Below are positions 16,814-26,551 of a stretch of DNA of 64,000 bases, in pieces. The position numbers were made by a program, and so were the translations under genes. The stretch lies in assembly GCA_009842675.1 (NCBI GenBank), contig VYEX01000062.1, forward strand, positions 15,218 to 79,217, read 5' to 3'. The stretch comes from Acidimicrobiia bacterium. Its GTDB lineage: Bacteria; Actinomycetota; Acidimicrobiia; Acidimicrobiales; Bin134. Below the pieces are notes generated by a model. That model had not been told where the DNA came from and searched no databases. It was given only the letters and a program-made list of their open reading frames with translations. Position 1 is the first letter of the stretch, and each line of letters begins with the position of its first letter.

Positions 16814-17607
16814 CGCTGTCGCAGCCCCATCATCTTGATGGCTTCCACCAGATAGCCATTGGGGTCGGCTCGCTTGGCTTGGGCGGTCTCCTTCAGGGCA
16901 GGTGCGGCAAAACCCTCAAAGTCGTCATTTCCCAATTTGGCTATCAGCGCCTTGGCCACGTCCACCGGGTCCATGAACGCGCCGGGGGGCTGGGGGAATG
17001 GGTCGTCGTTTCCCGGCTTGGGGGTGGAGAACTCGGTGTCGGTGGAACCTGGGGTGAACAGATGGGCCCGAACGCCGGTTCCCACCAGATCAAAATAGAG
17101 TCCTTCGGTGAACAAGTTGAGAGCGGCTTTGGCCGCGCCGTAGGCGCCGGTGCGAAAGGCCATCGACTGGGTTCCCATTGACGACACATTGACGATTGCC
17201 CCTGAATCTCGCTCCAGCATGTAGGGCAGCAAAGCCAAGGACAACCGGGCTGATCCGGTGAAGTTCACCGCCATGGTCTCGTCCAATTCCTCGGGGGTGA
17301 GTCGTTTCATCGATCGCCGACGGGGAGCGCCGGCGTTGTTTACCAGTACGTCGATGGGCCCCATTTCGGCCCAGGCTCGCTCGGCAAACGGGGCCATGCT
17401 TTCGAGGTCAGCCAGATCCAGCAGCCACCAGCAGCCGTCTCCGCCAGCATCTCGCACTTGGCCCAACACCTGTTCGAGGCGGTCGCCCCGCCGGGCCGCC
17501 AATCCGACATATGCCCCACCCCGCCCCAGCTCAACTGCCAACGCCGCGCCAATTCCCGAAGAGGCACCGGTTACCAGCACCCGTTGGCCGGCCGGATCCC
17601 AGCTCAT
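16810..17607 (-). CDS. SDR-family oxidoreductase
   Basis: VLVTGASSGIGAALA cofactor motif, NNAG, YGAAKAAL catalytic Y-x3-K. Confidence 0.85.
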   Translation of the reverse strand: MSWDPAGQRVLVTGASSGIGAALAVELGRGGAYVGLAARRGDRLEQVLGQVRDAGGDGCWWLLDLADLESMAPFAERAWAEMGPIDVLVNNAGAPRRRSMKRLTPEELDETMAVNFTGSARLSLALLPYMLERDSGAIVNVSSMGTQSMAFRTGAYGAAKAALNLFTEGLYFDLVGTGVRAHLFTPGSTDTEFSTPKPGNDDPFPQPPGAFMDPVDVAKALIAKLGNDDFEGFAAPALKETAQAKRADPNGYLVEAIKMMGLRQR

Positions 17608-18350
17608 CCTGCGGTCAACCCAGCGTCGATACTCAGCACTGCTCCATGAATTCGATGGGCTTCATCAGAGGCCAAATAGGCCACCGCCGAGGCGATGTCA
17701 TCGGCTTGGGCCATGCCCCGCATCCCCATGTATCGCCCCATCAGTTCCATGTCGGGACCATCAGGAAAGCCAAACGAGGCGGCCAGATTGGTTTCCACTC
17801 CACCCGGTGCGATGGCATTAATCCGAACGCCGGCCTTCATGGTCTCCATGGCCATGGCCTTGGTGATCTGAATCACCGCCCCCTTGCTGGCGCAATAGGG
17901 CACGGTATAGGCCTGTCCCATCAATCCGGCGTTGGAGGCCATGTTCACGATGCAGCCGTTCGATGACTCCAAGTGGGGAAGTGCTGCCTGCGACATCCAA
18001 AACACCCCTTCAACGTTTACGCCAAAGATCAGGTCCCACACTTCCTGGTCGACTTCCCCCACCCGATGGCCCCGGGCAACCCCTGCGATATTGCACAGCA
18101 CATCGAGTCGACCGTGGTCGGCCACTACCGAAGCCACCAGATCATGGCAAGCGTCCCGAGACCTCACATCAGACTCCACCGGTTGGAACACCGACCCCTC
18201 GTCAACCATCGCCGTGGTTTTCTCCAGTCCGGCAGCATTGATATCGCTACCCACTACGACGGCCCCTTCATCGGCTAGAAGCACCGACGTGGCTTGGCCA
18301 ATACCCGACCCAGCCCCCGTGACCACGGCCACCCTTCCAGAAAATCTCAC
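17604..18350 (-). CDS. SDR-family oxidoreductase
   Basis: VAVVTGAGSGIGQAT, NIAG, YCASKGAV. 4-nt overlap with the next SDR gene. Confidence 0.85.
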   Translation of the reverse strand: MRFSGRVAVVTGAGSGIGQATSVLLADEGAVVVGSDINAAGLEKTTAMVDEGSVFQPVESDVRSRDACHDLVASVVADHGRLDVLCNIAGVARGHRVGEVDQEVWDLIFGVNVEGVFWMSQAALPHLESSNGCIVNMASNAGLMGQAYTVPYCASKGAVIQITKAMAMETMKAGVRINAIAPGGVETNLAASFGFPDGPDMELMGRYMGMRGMAQADDIASAVAYLASDEAHRIHGAVLSIDAGLTAG

Positions 18351-18379
18351 GATCTCTCTCCTCGCTAGCGCTCTGGCTT

Positions 18380-19231
18380 TTAGGGCAACCCCGCGCCGGG
18401 GATTTCCACAGGCACGGATTCAATTCGGCCCTGCCCAAGGCCCTGCACCTCGTCGGGATGTGAACCCGGAGCACTGACGAGGAAGAGGGTACGGCGGTCA
18501 TCGCCTCCCAACATCACCGCGAAGCAGTTGAGCTCTGTTTCAACTCGGTGAGTGATCTCGCCCCCCTCAATCACCCGCAGGGCAGCCCGGCCTATGGCAT
18601 CGGCATACCAAATGCCCCCTTCAGCGTCATAGCAGCAACCGTCAGGGATGGTGCCGGGCACCGCGGCCCATAGCCGGCGGTTCTCCAGCCGACCCTCTGA
18701 ACCGAAGTCGAACGCGGTGAATTGGCTGGCAAAGCTCTCGCCCACGATGAACGTAGCCCCGTCTGGGGTGATCACCGCCCCGTTGGGAAAGGCCAATCCT
18801 TCGGCCCCGGCCTCTGTCGTGCCGTCGGGTTGCACCAATCCCAGGGTGGCCGGAGCGAATTCCTCTCCACTGTGAAGGTCGAACCCGAAATTGCCGACAT
18901 AGGCCCGACCCTCGGCATCCACCGTCATGTCGTTGCAGAGCGAGGTAGCAATCCCGGAGAGGTCGGCATGCTCGTGGAGCGCCACCCCGTCATAGCGCAT
19001 CACCCGGCGGTCCCTCATCGATACCACCAACAGGTCGCCGTTGGGCATCCATCCCAGACCTGACGGTTGGCCGGGAACCTCAACTATCACCTCAACGGTG
19101 CCGTCCAGCGAAGCGGCATTCACGGTGTACTGATAGAAGTCCGAGTACCAGAGCCGGCCGTCATGCCAGCGGGGTCCCTCGCCAAAATCGATTCCTCCTA
19201 CGAAGGTCTCAGGGCTGGGAAGTATCTCCAT
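18380..19231 (-). CDS. SMP-30/gluconolactonase/LRE-family beta-propeller protein
   Basis: EGPRWHDGRLWYSDF, PNGDLLVV, FPNGAVITPDG repeats. The internal ATG at 19231 is chosen because the longer ORF would run into the divergent P450 gene. Confidence 0.75.
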   Translation of the reverse strand: MEILPSPETFVGGIDFGEGPRWHDGRLWYSDFYQYTVNAASLDGTVEVIVEVPGQPSGLGWMPNGDLLVVSMRDRRVMRYDGVALHEHADLSGIATSLCNDMTVDAEGRAYVGNFGFDLHSGEEFAPATLGLVQPDGTTEAGAEGLAFPNGAVITPDGATFIVGESFASQFTAFDFGSEGRLENRRLWAAVPGTIPDGCCYDAEGGIWYADAIGRAALRVIEGGEITHRVETELNCFAVMLGGDDRRTLFLVSAPGSHPDEVQGLGQGRIESVPVEIPGAGLP

Positions 19232-19251
19232 GCCGGGGGACAATAGCGACT

Positions 19252-20433
19252 GTGGACGAACTCCCTGTTGTAGACCTGACCGATCCGGCCTTTTGGTCCG
19301 ACCCATACCCAGTACTCGCTGAGGCACTCGGCCAGCATCCCTTGGGGCGGGGGGTCGACGGGGGCCTGATCGCTTTGAGCTTTGACGCGGCTGAGATGGT
19401 GCTACGAGATCCCCGATTCTTGACCACCGACCTGCTAGCCCCCCGAGGCATCACCGAAGGTCCCATTGCCGACTGGTGGGGTCAGGTCATGTTCTCCGCC
19501 AACCCGCCGGTCCACACCCGGCTGCGCCGACTGGTCAGCCGGGCGTTTACCCCTCGAGCAGTGGAATCGCTGCGCCCCCGCGTGGTTGGGATAACCGAGG
19601 AGTTGCTGGACGACTTCCACGGTGACACCGTGGATCTGGTGGCCGGGTTTGCCCATGACCTGCCCATCAGGGTGATGGGGGCCATGCTGGAGGTTCCTGC
19701 TGGTGACCACCGTCATTTTGCGACCTGGACCGCAGATCTTGGACTCGTCTTTTCCTCAGTACACACACCCGAATTGCTCAGTCGACTGGAATCGGCCATC
19801 ACCGGGCTCAATGGTTATGTGGCCGAACTCATTGCTGACCGGCGGCGGCAACCCGGTGATGACCTACTCAGCAAATTGATCGCCGCTGAAGCCGACGGAG
19901 ATGTCCTCACCGAACCCGAATTGGTCGCCATGGTGGAGAACTTGCTCTTTGCCGGACACGACACCACCCGCTCAATGCTGATGATCGGCGCGGCGCTGCT
20001 GCTGTCTCATCCAGAACAACGAGCATTGCTGAGCGGCAATCCTGATCTGGCCGCCCAGGCGGTCGACGAAATCCTCCGCTTCGAAGCCCCGGTACTTGGG
20101 TCGGGAAGGGATGCCCCCGAGCCCTTGAGTCTGTTCGGTGTGTCGGTGGAGGCCGGGGAAACGGTCACGACCATGTCCCTAGCGGCCAACCGCGACCCGG
20201 CTGCCTTTGAAAATCCCGACCGCTTCGACATTCTCCGCCCAGGGGGCAAGCTGATGAGCTTCGGGCAAGGTATCCACTACTGCCTCGGAGCGGCCTTGGC
20301 CCGTCTAGAGGGCCAGGTGGCCTTCCCCATGCTGTTGGAACGCTATCCCCGGATGGGGCTGGCTGTGGAGCCCACTTGGGTGCCCTATGCCTCCATTCGC
20401 CGCTTCGAGGAACTGCTGGTGACGACCACCTGA
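19252..20433 (+). CDS. cytochrome P450
   Basis: Heme loop FGQGIHYCLGAALARLE, I-helix AGHDTT, EILRFEAP (ExxR). Confidence 0.9.
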   Translation: MDELPVVDLTDPAFWSDPYPVLAEALGQHPLGRGVDGGLIALSFDAAEMVLRDPRFLTTDLLAPRGITEGPIADWWGQVMFSANPPVHTRLRRLVSRAFTPRAVESLRPRVVGITEELLDDFHGDTVDLVAGFAHDLPIRVMGAMLEVPAGDHRHFATWTADLGLVFSSVHTPELLSRLESAITGLNGYVAELIADRRRQPGDDLLSKLIAAEADGDVLTEPELVAMVENLLFAGHDTTRSMLMIGAALLLSHPEQRALLSGNPDLAAQAVDEILRFEAPVLGSGRDAPEPLSLFGVSVEAGETVTTMSLAANRDPAAFENPDRFDILRPGGKLMSFGQGIHYCLGAALARLEGQVAFPMLLERYPRMGLAVEPTWVPYASIRRFEELLVTTT

Positions 20434-20470
20434 CCGTATTCGGCGCCACCGAGGATAGGGTGATCGAGCC

Positions 20471-21358
20471 ATGCTTCACTGGGCCAAGACTCGGGTGATC
20501 AACTCAGTGAGCGGCATGTTCGCCCACGCGGAAATGCCGTTGAAGAACACCGGAGACTTTCCGGGAGATCCAGGATTGTGTGGTCCTGATTCGATCAGCT
20601 GGCAAGTGATCGGTGATGTGAGTGTGTTCGTTGGCGGCATCCGCGCCTTGCTGATCCAAGCAGCCCATCCGGAAGTGGTCGCCGGGGTGGACGAGCACAG
20701 CCGCTATCGGGATGATCCCCTTGGTCGGCTCAGCCGGACATCCTTCTATGTCACCTCGGCCACCTTCGGCGCGATGCCTGAAGTGAAGGAGGCCTTGGAT
20801 CTGGTCAATTCTGCGCACCAGGGAGTGATGGGCACGTCACACCGCGGAAAGTCGTACAGCGCGTCGACTCCAGAGTTGGCTGCGTGGGTCCACAACTCCC
20901 TGACTGATTCTTTCTTGGAGGCCTATCAGTGCCTCGGCGGCCGTCTCAGCACCCACCACGCCGACCAATTCGTGGTTGAGCAGACGAGGGTAGGGGAGAT
21001 GCTGGGCGCCTCACCTCTGCCCACAACCGCCGGTGAACTGCGGGAGTGGATCACCGGGCATCCGTCGTTGGCTCCGAGCCCGGGGATGCGAGCTGCTGTC
21101 AAATTTCTTCAGAACCCCCCGATACCTGCGGCCCAGAAGGCGGGGTACCAAATCCTGATGAATGGGGCCATCACCACCATCCCCCGAGAACTCACGTCGG
21201 TCTTGGGGCTGACCCCAACTCCGGGCGCCAGAGTGAGCAGTACGGCGGTGGTATTGGGCTTGCGCCGAATCATGAAGAACAGCCCCGCCTGGCAGGCTGC
21301 CCTAGAGCGGTGCAACGTGCCCTACGACCCGCGGCTATTTCGCGACAAACGAAGTTAG
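20471..21358 (+). CDS. MpaB/DUF2236-family oxygenase
   Basis: SISWQVIGDVSVFVGGIRALLIQAAHPEVVAGVDEHS... is a typical DUF2236 N-terminal core. Confidence 0.65.
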   Translation: MLHWAKTRVINSVSGMFAHAEMPLKNTGDFPGDPGLCGPDSISWQVIGDVSVFVGGIRALLIQAAHPEVVAGVDEHSRYRDDPLGRLSRTSFYVTSATFGAMPEVKEALDLVNSAHQGVMGTSHRGKSYSASTPELAAWVHNSLTDSFLEAYQCLGGRLSTHHADQFVVEQTRVGEMLGASPLPTTAGELREWITGHPSLAPSPGMRAAVKFLQNPPIPAAQKAGYQILMNGAITTIPRELTSVLGLTPTPGARVSSTAVVLGLRRIMKNSPAWQAALERCNVPYDPRLFRDKRS

Positions 21359-21389
21359 CCAAGACCCTGCCTGTCCCCGATTGGCGAAA

Positions 21390-22586
21390 TTAGCTCGCCA
21401 ACAGACCGGCCAGATTGTCTCGCATGATGAGACGAGTGTCGGTGGGGGAGAGGCTCGATAGGCCCTCCACGAACTCCAATGGCTCGGCCAAGCCCTCGGC
21501 ATGGGGCCAGTCGGACCCGAACAGCACTTGGGAAACTCCAATGGACCGGGCCAGATCAGCTACCGGCTCCTCATGATGGGGGGAAACGAACACATGGCGG
21601 CGAAACACGTCGCTGGGCTTCTCGGTCAGTGGACCTCTATACCACGGACCGTTGCGGCCCATTCGGTTCATCTTGTTCATGGCCGCCATCAGGTACTCCA
21701 CCCACAGGCTGCCGTTCTCCACGCTCATGACTCGAACATTTGGAAAGGCGTCGAACAGGTTGGCGTAAATCAGCGCAGCCACCGTCTCCATGATCGGTCG
21801 GTCGCCGTAGAAGCAGGTCCACTGCAATGCCGACTGCCGGTGAGATGGCGGATTGGGCTCTTCACCCCAATGCACCGACATCGACTGGTTGTAACCCGAC
21901 TCACCGATGTGGAATCCGACCACCGCGCCGGCCTCATTGATCCGGGCCCAGAAGGGGTCGAAGACCGGGTCGGCGATATTGCGGCCGGCCGCGGGCCCCG
22001 GACGAAGCGACACCACTCGGGCGCCCCGGTCTAGTGCCCATTCCAACTCCTCCACGGCCCGATCGGGATCGACCAATGACAACAGGGGAGGGGCATGGAT
22101 GCGACCATCCCGGTTGAGGCCCCACTCGTCGTCCAACCAGCGGTTGAAGGCGGACAGGTTGGCGTAGAGCAGGTCGGGATCGTCAACCATGTAGTGCTCC
22201 ACGCACACCGCCAAGGTGGGGTACAGCACTGCGGCTTCGATGCCCTGGGCGTCGAGCACCTGGACTCGGGCTGATCGCTTGACGTACTCGGGCCGGTGGG
22301 GCTCAGAAACCCGGGTGCCCTTGATGTTCCCCCCGTCGTCGCCCCACTTCATGGCCTTCAACATTTCCCGCAGCATTCCAGGGCGGGGGGCGGTGTCGTA
22401 GTTGCGGTGCTCCAAGAAAGTGAACCGCCGATCGCCGATGTAGATCTCTTCGGTGCCGTCGGCCTCGAAAAGCGGCCGCACTGCCTGATCGGCGAAGGCG
22501 GGGTCGATGTAGCGGGTAAAGGCATCTCGGGATTCGTAGTAGTGATTGTCGGCGTCGAACGCCCGATATGCCAGATCCATCCGCAC
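21390..22586 (-). CDS. amidohydrolase-2 (ACMSD-like) family metal-dependent hydrolase
   Basis: AFDADNHYYE near the N-terminus and LFGSDWPHAEG near the C-terminus. Confidence 0.75.
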   Translation of the reverse strand: MRMDLAYRAFDADNHYYESRDAFTRYIDPAFADQAVRPLFEADGTEEIYIGDRRFTFLEHRNYDTAPRPGMLREMLKAMKWGDDGGNIKGTRVSEPHRPEYVKRSARVQVLDAQGIEAAVLYPTLAVCVEHYMVDDPDLLYANLSAFNRWLDDEWGLNRDGRIHAPPLLSLVDPDRAVEELEWALDRGARVVSLRPGPAAGRNIADPVFDPFWARINEAGAVVGFHIGESGYNQSMSVHWGEEPNPPSHRQSALQWTCFYGDRPIMETVAALIYANLFDAFPNVRVMSVENGSLWVEYLMAAMNKMNRMGRNGPWYRGPLTEKPSDVFRRHVFVSPHHEEPVADLARSIGVSQVLFGSDWPHAEGLAEPLEFVEGLSSLSPTDTRLIMRDNLAGLLAS

Positions 22587-22662
22587 AGGTTAGGGCCGCA
22601 TCCACAGGACGGGTAGTGTGACCCCCGCAAGTACCACCTGATCGAAGAAGGAGAGCCGAGAG

Positions 22663-23460
22663 ATGGGACGGCTAGACGGCAAGGTAGCGATCATCACCGG
22701 AGCAGCTCGAGGGCAGGGGGAGGCCGAGGCCCGGCTATTCGCCTCCGAAGGCGCCAAGGTGGTGCTTGGAGACGTCCTCGACGACGACGGTGAGCAGGTA
22801 GCCGCCAGCATCGGCGACAACGCCCGCTATGTACACCTAGACGTATCCCAAGAAGCCGATTGGACCGCGGCGGTGGCAGCCGCCGCCGACATGGGCTCGC
22901 TGAGGGTTTTGGTCAACAACGCGGCCATAATTCGGCCGGCAGCCATTGAGGACACTTCCTTGGATGACTACATGGAGGTCATCAACGTCAATCAGGTGGG
23001 CACCTTCTTGGGGATGAAGGCCGTTTTCGAATCTATGAAGATGGCCGGTGGGGGTTCCATTGTGAACATCAGCTCGATTGACGGCCAACAGTCCAAGAAC
23101 GGACTCATCAGCTATTCCGCTTCCAAATTCGCCATCCGGGGCATGACCAAGACCGCGGCCATTGAGTGGGGCCGGTTCGACATCAGGGTGAACTCCATTC
23201 ATCCTGGCGGGGTGAACACGCCGATGGGTAATCCGAACAATGATCCCCGGGCCGAGAAAGAGCCCTACATATTCCACCCCATTGCTCGTGTGGGTGAGCC
23301 GATTGAAATCGCCTATGCCGCCCTCTTCTTGGCCAGCGACGAAGCCTCGTACATCACCGGTTCAGAGGTCAACGTCGACGGCGGCTGGAGAGCTGGACTG
23401 ATCACCCCTGGTCTTCCCGGCACCGATTTCGTGGTTGAGTACGGCTACGACACCGACTGA
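22663..23460 (+). CDS. SDR-family oxidoreductase (3-alpha/20-beta-HSD-like)
   Basis: GKVAIITGAARGQGEAEAR, NNAA, YSASKFAIRG. GAAGGAGAG SD upstream. Confidence 0.85.
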   Translation: MGRLDGKVAIITGAARGQGEAEARLFASEGAKVVLGDVLDDDGEQVAASIGDNARYVHLDVSQEADWTAAVAAAADMGSLRVLVNNAAIIRPAAIEDTSLDDYMEVINVNQVGTFLGMKAVFESMKMAGGGSIVNISSIDGQQSKNGLISYSASKFAIRGMTKTAAIEWGRFDIRVNSIHPGGVNTPMGNPNNDPRAEKEPYIFHPIARVGEPIEIAYAALFLASDEASYITGSEVNVDGGWRAGLITPGLPGTDFVVEYGYDTD

Positions 23461-23481
23461 CTCCTCTAGCTACCTCTCCAC

Positions 23482-24189
23482 TTGAGCGAACCGCCACTCT
23501 GGGACGCCCCCAGCGCTACCCCTAGCGCCGACTACGGCGCTGGTGTAGAACGGCTGGCCATCGCGGGCGCCGCCCGCCGCCTATTGAATGCCGCGCGGGT
23601 AACCGCGGCAGGCGACGATGCCGTGTCCGAGGCCACCGACTTGATCGAGCAGGCAGCGAAACTGCTGGAGGCTGAGCAGATGGAAGGCCTCCACCGCCAT
23701 GGGGTGATGGGCGACCTCGAAACCGGTTTCGAGTCCCGCGACCCCATGGCGTTCTTCCCTTACAGCCCGATTATCGGACGGCTGAACCCGGCCTCGCCTC
23801 CTGCGGAGTTCTGGGTTGAGGGCGTCGAGGTCCACGGGCGGATGAACCTGTCGGCGGTTTATGCCGGTCCACCGGGACTGGTACACGGCGGGATCATCGC
23901 CATGGTGTTCGACGAGCTCCTGGGCGTGGTCAATGTGGTCAACGGCAGAGGCGGGTACACGGGGACGCTCAATGTGAGGTACCACCGACCGACCCCGCTG
24001 ATGGAGGAGATCGCCCTGCGGGCGTGGCCATCGGGAGGCGAGGGGCGCAAGCTGTATGCCGCTGGGGAGATGGTTTACGACGGAACTGTGACGGCCACTG
24101 CCGAGGGTGTCTTCATTCGGGCCAACCGCCAGCTTGTCGACGATCTGAAGAATTCCCCGGAATCAGCAAGCCCAAAGGAGAATCCATGA
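23482..24189 (+). CDS. PaaI-family hotdog thioesterase
   Basis: GPPGLVHGGIIAMVFDELLG core. TTG start. ATGA overlap with the next gene. Confidence 0.65.
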   Translation: MSEPPLWDAPSATPSADYGAGVERLAIAGAARRLLNAARVTAAGDDAVSEATDLIEQAAKLLEAEQMEGLHRHGVMGDLETGFESRDPMAFFPYSPIIGRLNPASPPAEFWVEGVEVHGRMNLSAVYAGPPGLVHGGIIAMVFDELLGVVNVVNGRGGYTGTLNVRYHRPTPLMEEIALRAWPSGGEGRKLYAAGEMVYDGTVTATAEGVFIRANRQLVDDLKNSPESASPKENP

Positions 24190-25268
24190 CAGACACTGGC
24201 TTTGAGACCAGCGCGGCAGTACACGAGCTGATCGACACCATGAAGGGCCTCGATCAGGAGTTTCTCTCGGGCCCCAAGGCGCTGGCCGACGATCAGGCGG
24301 TGCTAGAGGGCTACCGATGGATCTTCTCCATCACCCAGGTAGCGCTGGATGTGTACGTCTGGGCCGACACCAACCGGCCTCGATTCACCGAAATCGTGGG
24401 CCCGTACAAGAAGTGGGGCGGCGATAACTCCGACGCCTTCTACTTCATGACCCGGATCGACCCCTCCCGCACTTACCGGGTGACCGTGGACCCCGGCGAC
24501 GCGGTGTACCTGTCGCTCACCGTGTACGGCGGACCGGATGACGGCCGTTACTCCGAGCGCATCGTCGGAACGCTCAACACCACTCAGATGACTCCCAATC
24601 CCGACGGCACTTACGAGATGATCATCAGCCCGAACGACCACGACGGCAACTTCCTGAAGCTGGCGCCCGATGCCGTGGTGGCCTGCACCCGCGACTACAT
24701 GAACGACCCTGTCAACGGGGAGAAGGCGCGCTGGCGTATCGAGTGTTTGGATCCGGCTCCTGAGTGGAATGACGTGCACACCGACGCCGAGGTAGCCCGG
24801 CGCTTCCAGCACGCCACGACGTGGGTGAAGGAGCAAGCCGCCATGGTTCCCATTCCGCTGGGCACACTCAACCACATGGATGACCCCTTCCCGGTTCCCT
24901 CCGAGACCTTCGGCTGGGCCGCGGGGGATGCCTCCTACGCAATGGGAGCCTTCGAGTTGGACGATGATGAGGCGCTTGTTCTGAAGGGCCGCTCCCCGGA
25001 GTGCGTCTTCTGGAACATGTGCCTGTGGAACCAATTTCTGCACTGTTTCAACTACGACTACGACGATGTCACGACCAATAGCTCCAAAGTGCAGCTCGAC
25101 GATGACGGGTCATGGACCATTGTGATCTCGGCAACCGACCCTGGCGTGCCCAACTGGGTATCCACCCAGGGCCGGATTCACGGGCGCATCTGGTTCCGCT
25201 GGTTCTTGCCCGAGCGGACTCCCGACCCCATCGGCGCTGAGGTGGTCAAGTTGGCTGAGGTTCGCTAG
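24186..25268 (+). CDS. DUF1214-like domain protein
   Basis: The C-terminal VFWNMCLWN...DDDGSWTIVISATDPGVPNWVSTQG...GRIWFRWFLP pattern resembles DUF1214. The start is taken at the ATG overlapping the upstream stop. The track ORF from 24024 overlaps the thioesterase gene. Confidence 0.55.
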   Translation: MTDTGFETSAAVHELIDTMKGLDQEFLSGPKALADDQAVLEGYRWIFSITQVALDVYVWADTNRPRFTEIVGPYKKWGGDNSDAFYFMTRIDPSRTYRVTVDPGDAVYLSLTVYGGPDDGRYSERIVGTLNTTQMTPNPDGTYEMIISPNDHDGNFLKLAPDAVVACTRDYMNDPVNGEKARWRIECLDPAPEWNDVHTDAEVARRFQHATTWVKEQAAMVPIPLGTLNHMDDPFPVPSETFGWAAGDASYAMGAFELDDDEALVLKGRSPECVFWNMCLWNQFLHCFNYDYDDVTTNSSKVQLDDDGSWTIVISATDPGVPNWVSTQGRIHGRIWFRWFLPERTPDPIGAEVVKLAEVR

Positions 25269-26551
25269 TGCTCTAGCTCCACCGCGAAGCGGTCGGTGTA
25301 GAAACTGAGCGCTTGGCGGCGCTCCTTTGGAGTCATGCCGAAATCGGCCAGGTTGTAAATCACCCTGCCGTGCTTTCCCCGGGGATGCTCGACCATGTAC
25401 TGGTCCATGGCCGCCTTCACATCAGAAGTAAACGGCTGGTCGGCCAGCTTGTAGATACGCTCCACCATGGCCACGTCATCGGCCATGAACTCGTGGAACA
25501 GCACGTCGATGGACTGCTCGGGAGGCACCAAGTCCCGGTCGTCAGTGCACGACTGGAGCATGTCCTGGATGAGCTGGGCCCACCATTGGCCAATGCCGTG
25601 AACATCAACCGGGTGGGGGGCGCTCATGCGGGCCGAGTAGCAGATCATGGTGGCGAACGAGGCGGTAATCGACACCGGGTCTCGGTGGGTGAACACCACC
25701 GTGGCGTCACCGAACACGTTCATGAGCGGCCCAATCTGCTCCAGATGCTGGGGCGACTTGAGGACCCAGCGCTCGCGAGGCGGGCGCTGATGAGCGAGAA
25801 CCTTGAGGATCCGCTTGAGATACTGGTAATGCGGGGTTTGGTCGTGCTCCTTGTAGTACGACCGCCATGAGGGCATAACGGCTGAGCAGTCGAACAGCAT
25901 GGTGGAGAAGTCGATTGCCAGCAGGTGGATTTCCTCGTGGACGTGGTCCCAGGTCATCTCGTGCATTCGGTCGTAATGGGGCACGGCCTTGTTCATGATT
26001 ACCAGCCCGTCTTTGGCCCGCTGAACGCGGCCCTCAATGGTGCCGGCCTCTTCGGCAGGGGGAACCGGCTCTAGAGATTCCCACCATGGCAGCGAGCGCA
26101 ACGCCGGATCGGCAGATATGAGGTTGTGCAAATGCGTGGTGCCGGTACGGGGCAGCCCGGCGATCACGATAGGCCGATCGACGGGTACGTCTAGGGCATC
26201 AGGGTGGTCCTTTATGTACTGCTCGATGCGCAGCCGATTGACCGCGAAGGCGGTGAGCTGGCTGAACTGGCTCAACTTGCCCATGGGGGAGAAGTCGGCC
26301 TCTGTGTCCATCGCCCGACACAGCACCTCCAACGGTTCCCGGAATTCGTCGGAGCCGAAATCGCTGAGCCCCGACTGAGCGGTGGCCGCTCCCAGCACTG
26401 CCTCGGGGCTCAATTCGATCTGGTCGGCCAGCGGCGCAGTTTGCTCCATCATCTGGACGATCTCAGGAGGCAGAGCCGGTTCGACAAGATCCTCAATGCG
26501 GATGGGGGCAGGACGGTCGCTCACGCTCGGCAGGATAATCTCACGGCCCAT
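25265..26551 (-). CDS. sulfotransferase-family protein
   Basis: PAPS-binding loop GLPRTGTTHLHNL and a downstream RDP...S motif region. The N-terminal 141 codons of the track ORF are antisense to the SDR gene and are rejected. The start is either 26551 or 26452 (MMEQ). Confidence 0.7.
   Translation of the reverse strand: MGREIILPSVSDRPAPIRIEDLVEPALPPEIVQMMEQTAPLADQIELSPEAVLGAATAQSGLSDFGSDEFREPLEVLCRAMDTEADFSPMGKLSQFSQLTAFAVNRLRIEQYIKDHPDALDVPVDRPIVIAGLPRTGTTHLHNLISADPALRSLPWWESLEPVPPAEEAGTIEGRVQRAKDGLVIMNKAVPHYDRMHEMTWDHVHEEIHLLAIDFSTMLFDCSAVMPSWRSYYKEHDQTPHYQYLKRILKVLAHQRPPRERWVLKSPQHLEQIGPLMNVFGDATVVFTHRDPVSITASFATMICYSARMSAPHPVDVHGIGQWWAQLIQDMLQSCTDDRDLVPPEQSIDVLFHEFMADDVAMVERIYKLADQPFTSDVKAAMDQYMVEHPRGKHGRVIYNLADFGMTPKERRQALSFYTDRFAVELEH

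Noticed and set aside
25265-25268. Convergent genes sharing a CTAG, so that both stops fall in one palindromic tetranucleotide. A similar 8-nt convergent overlap occurs at 48640-48647.
   Set aside because: This is a real but trivial consequence of tight packing. There is no hairpin or other signal around it.
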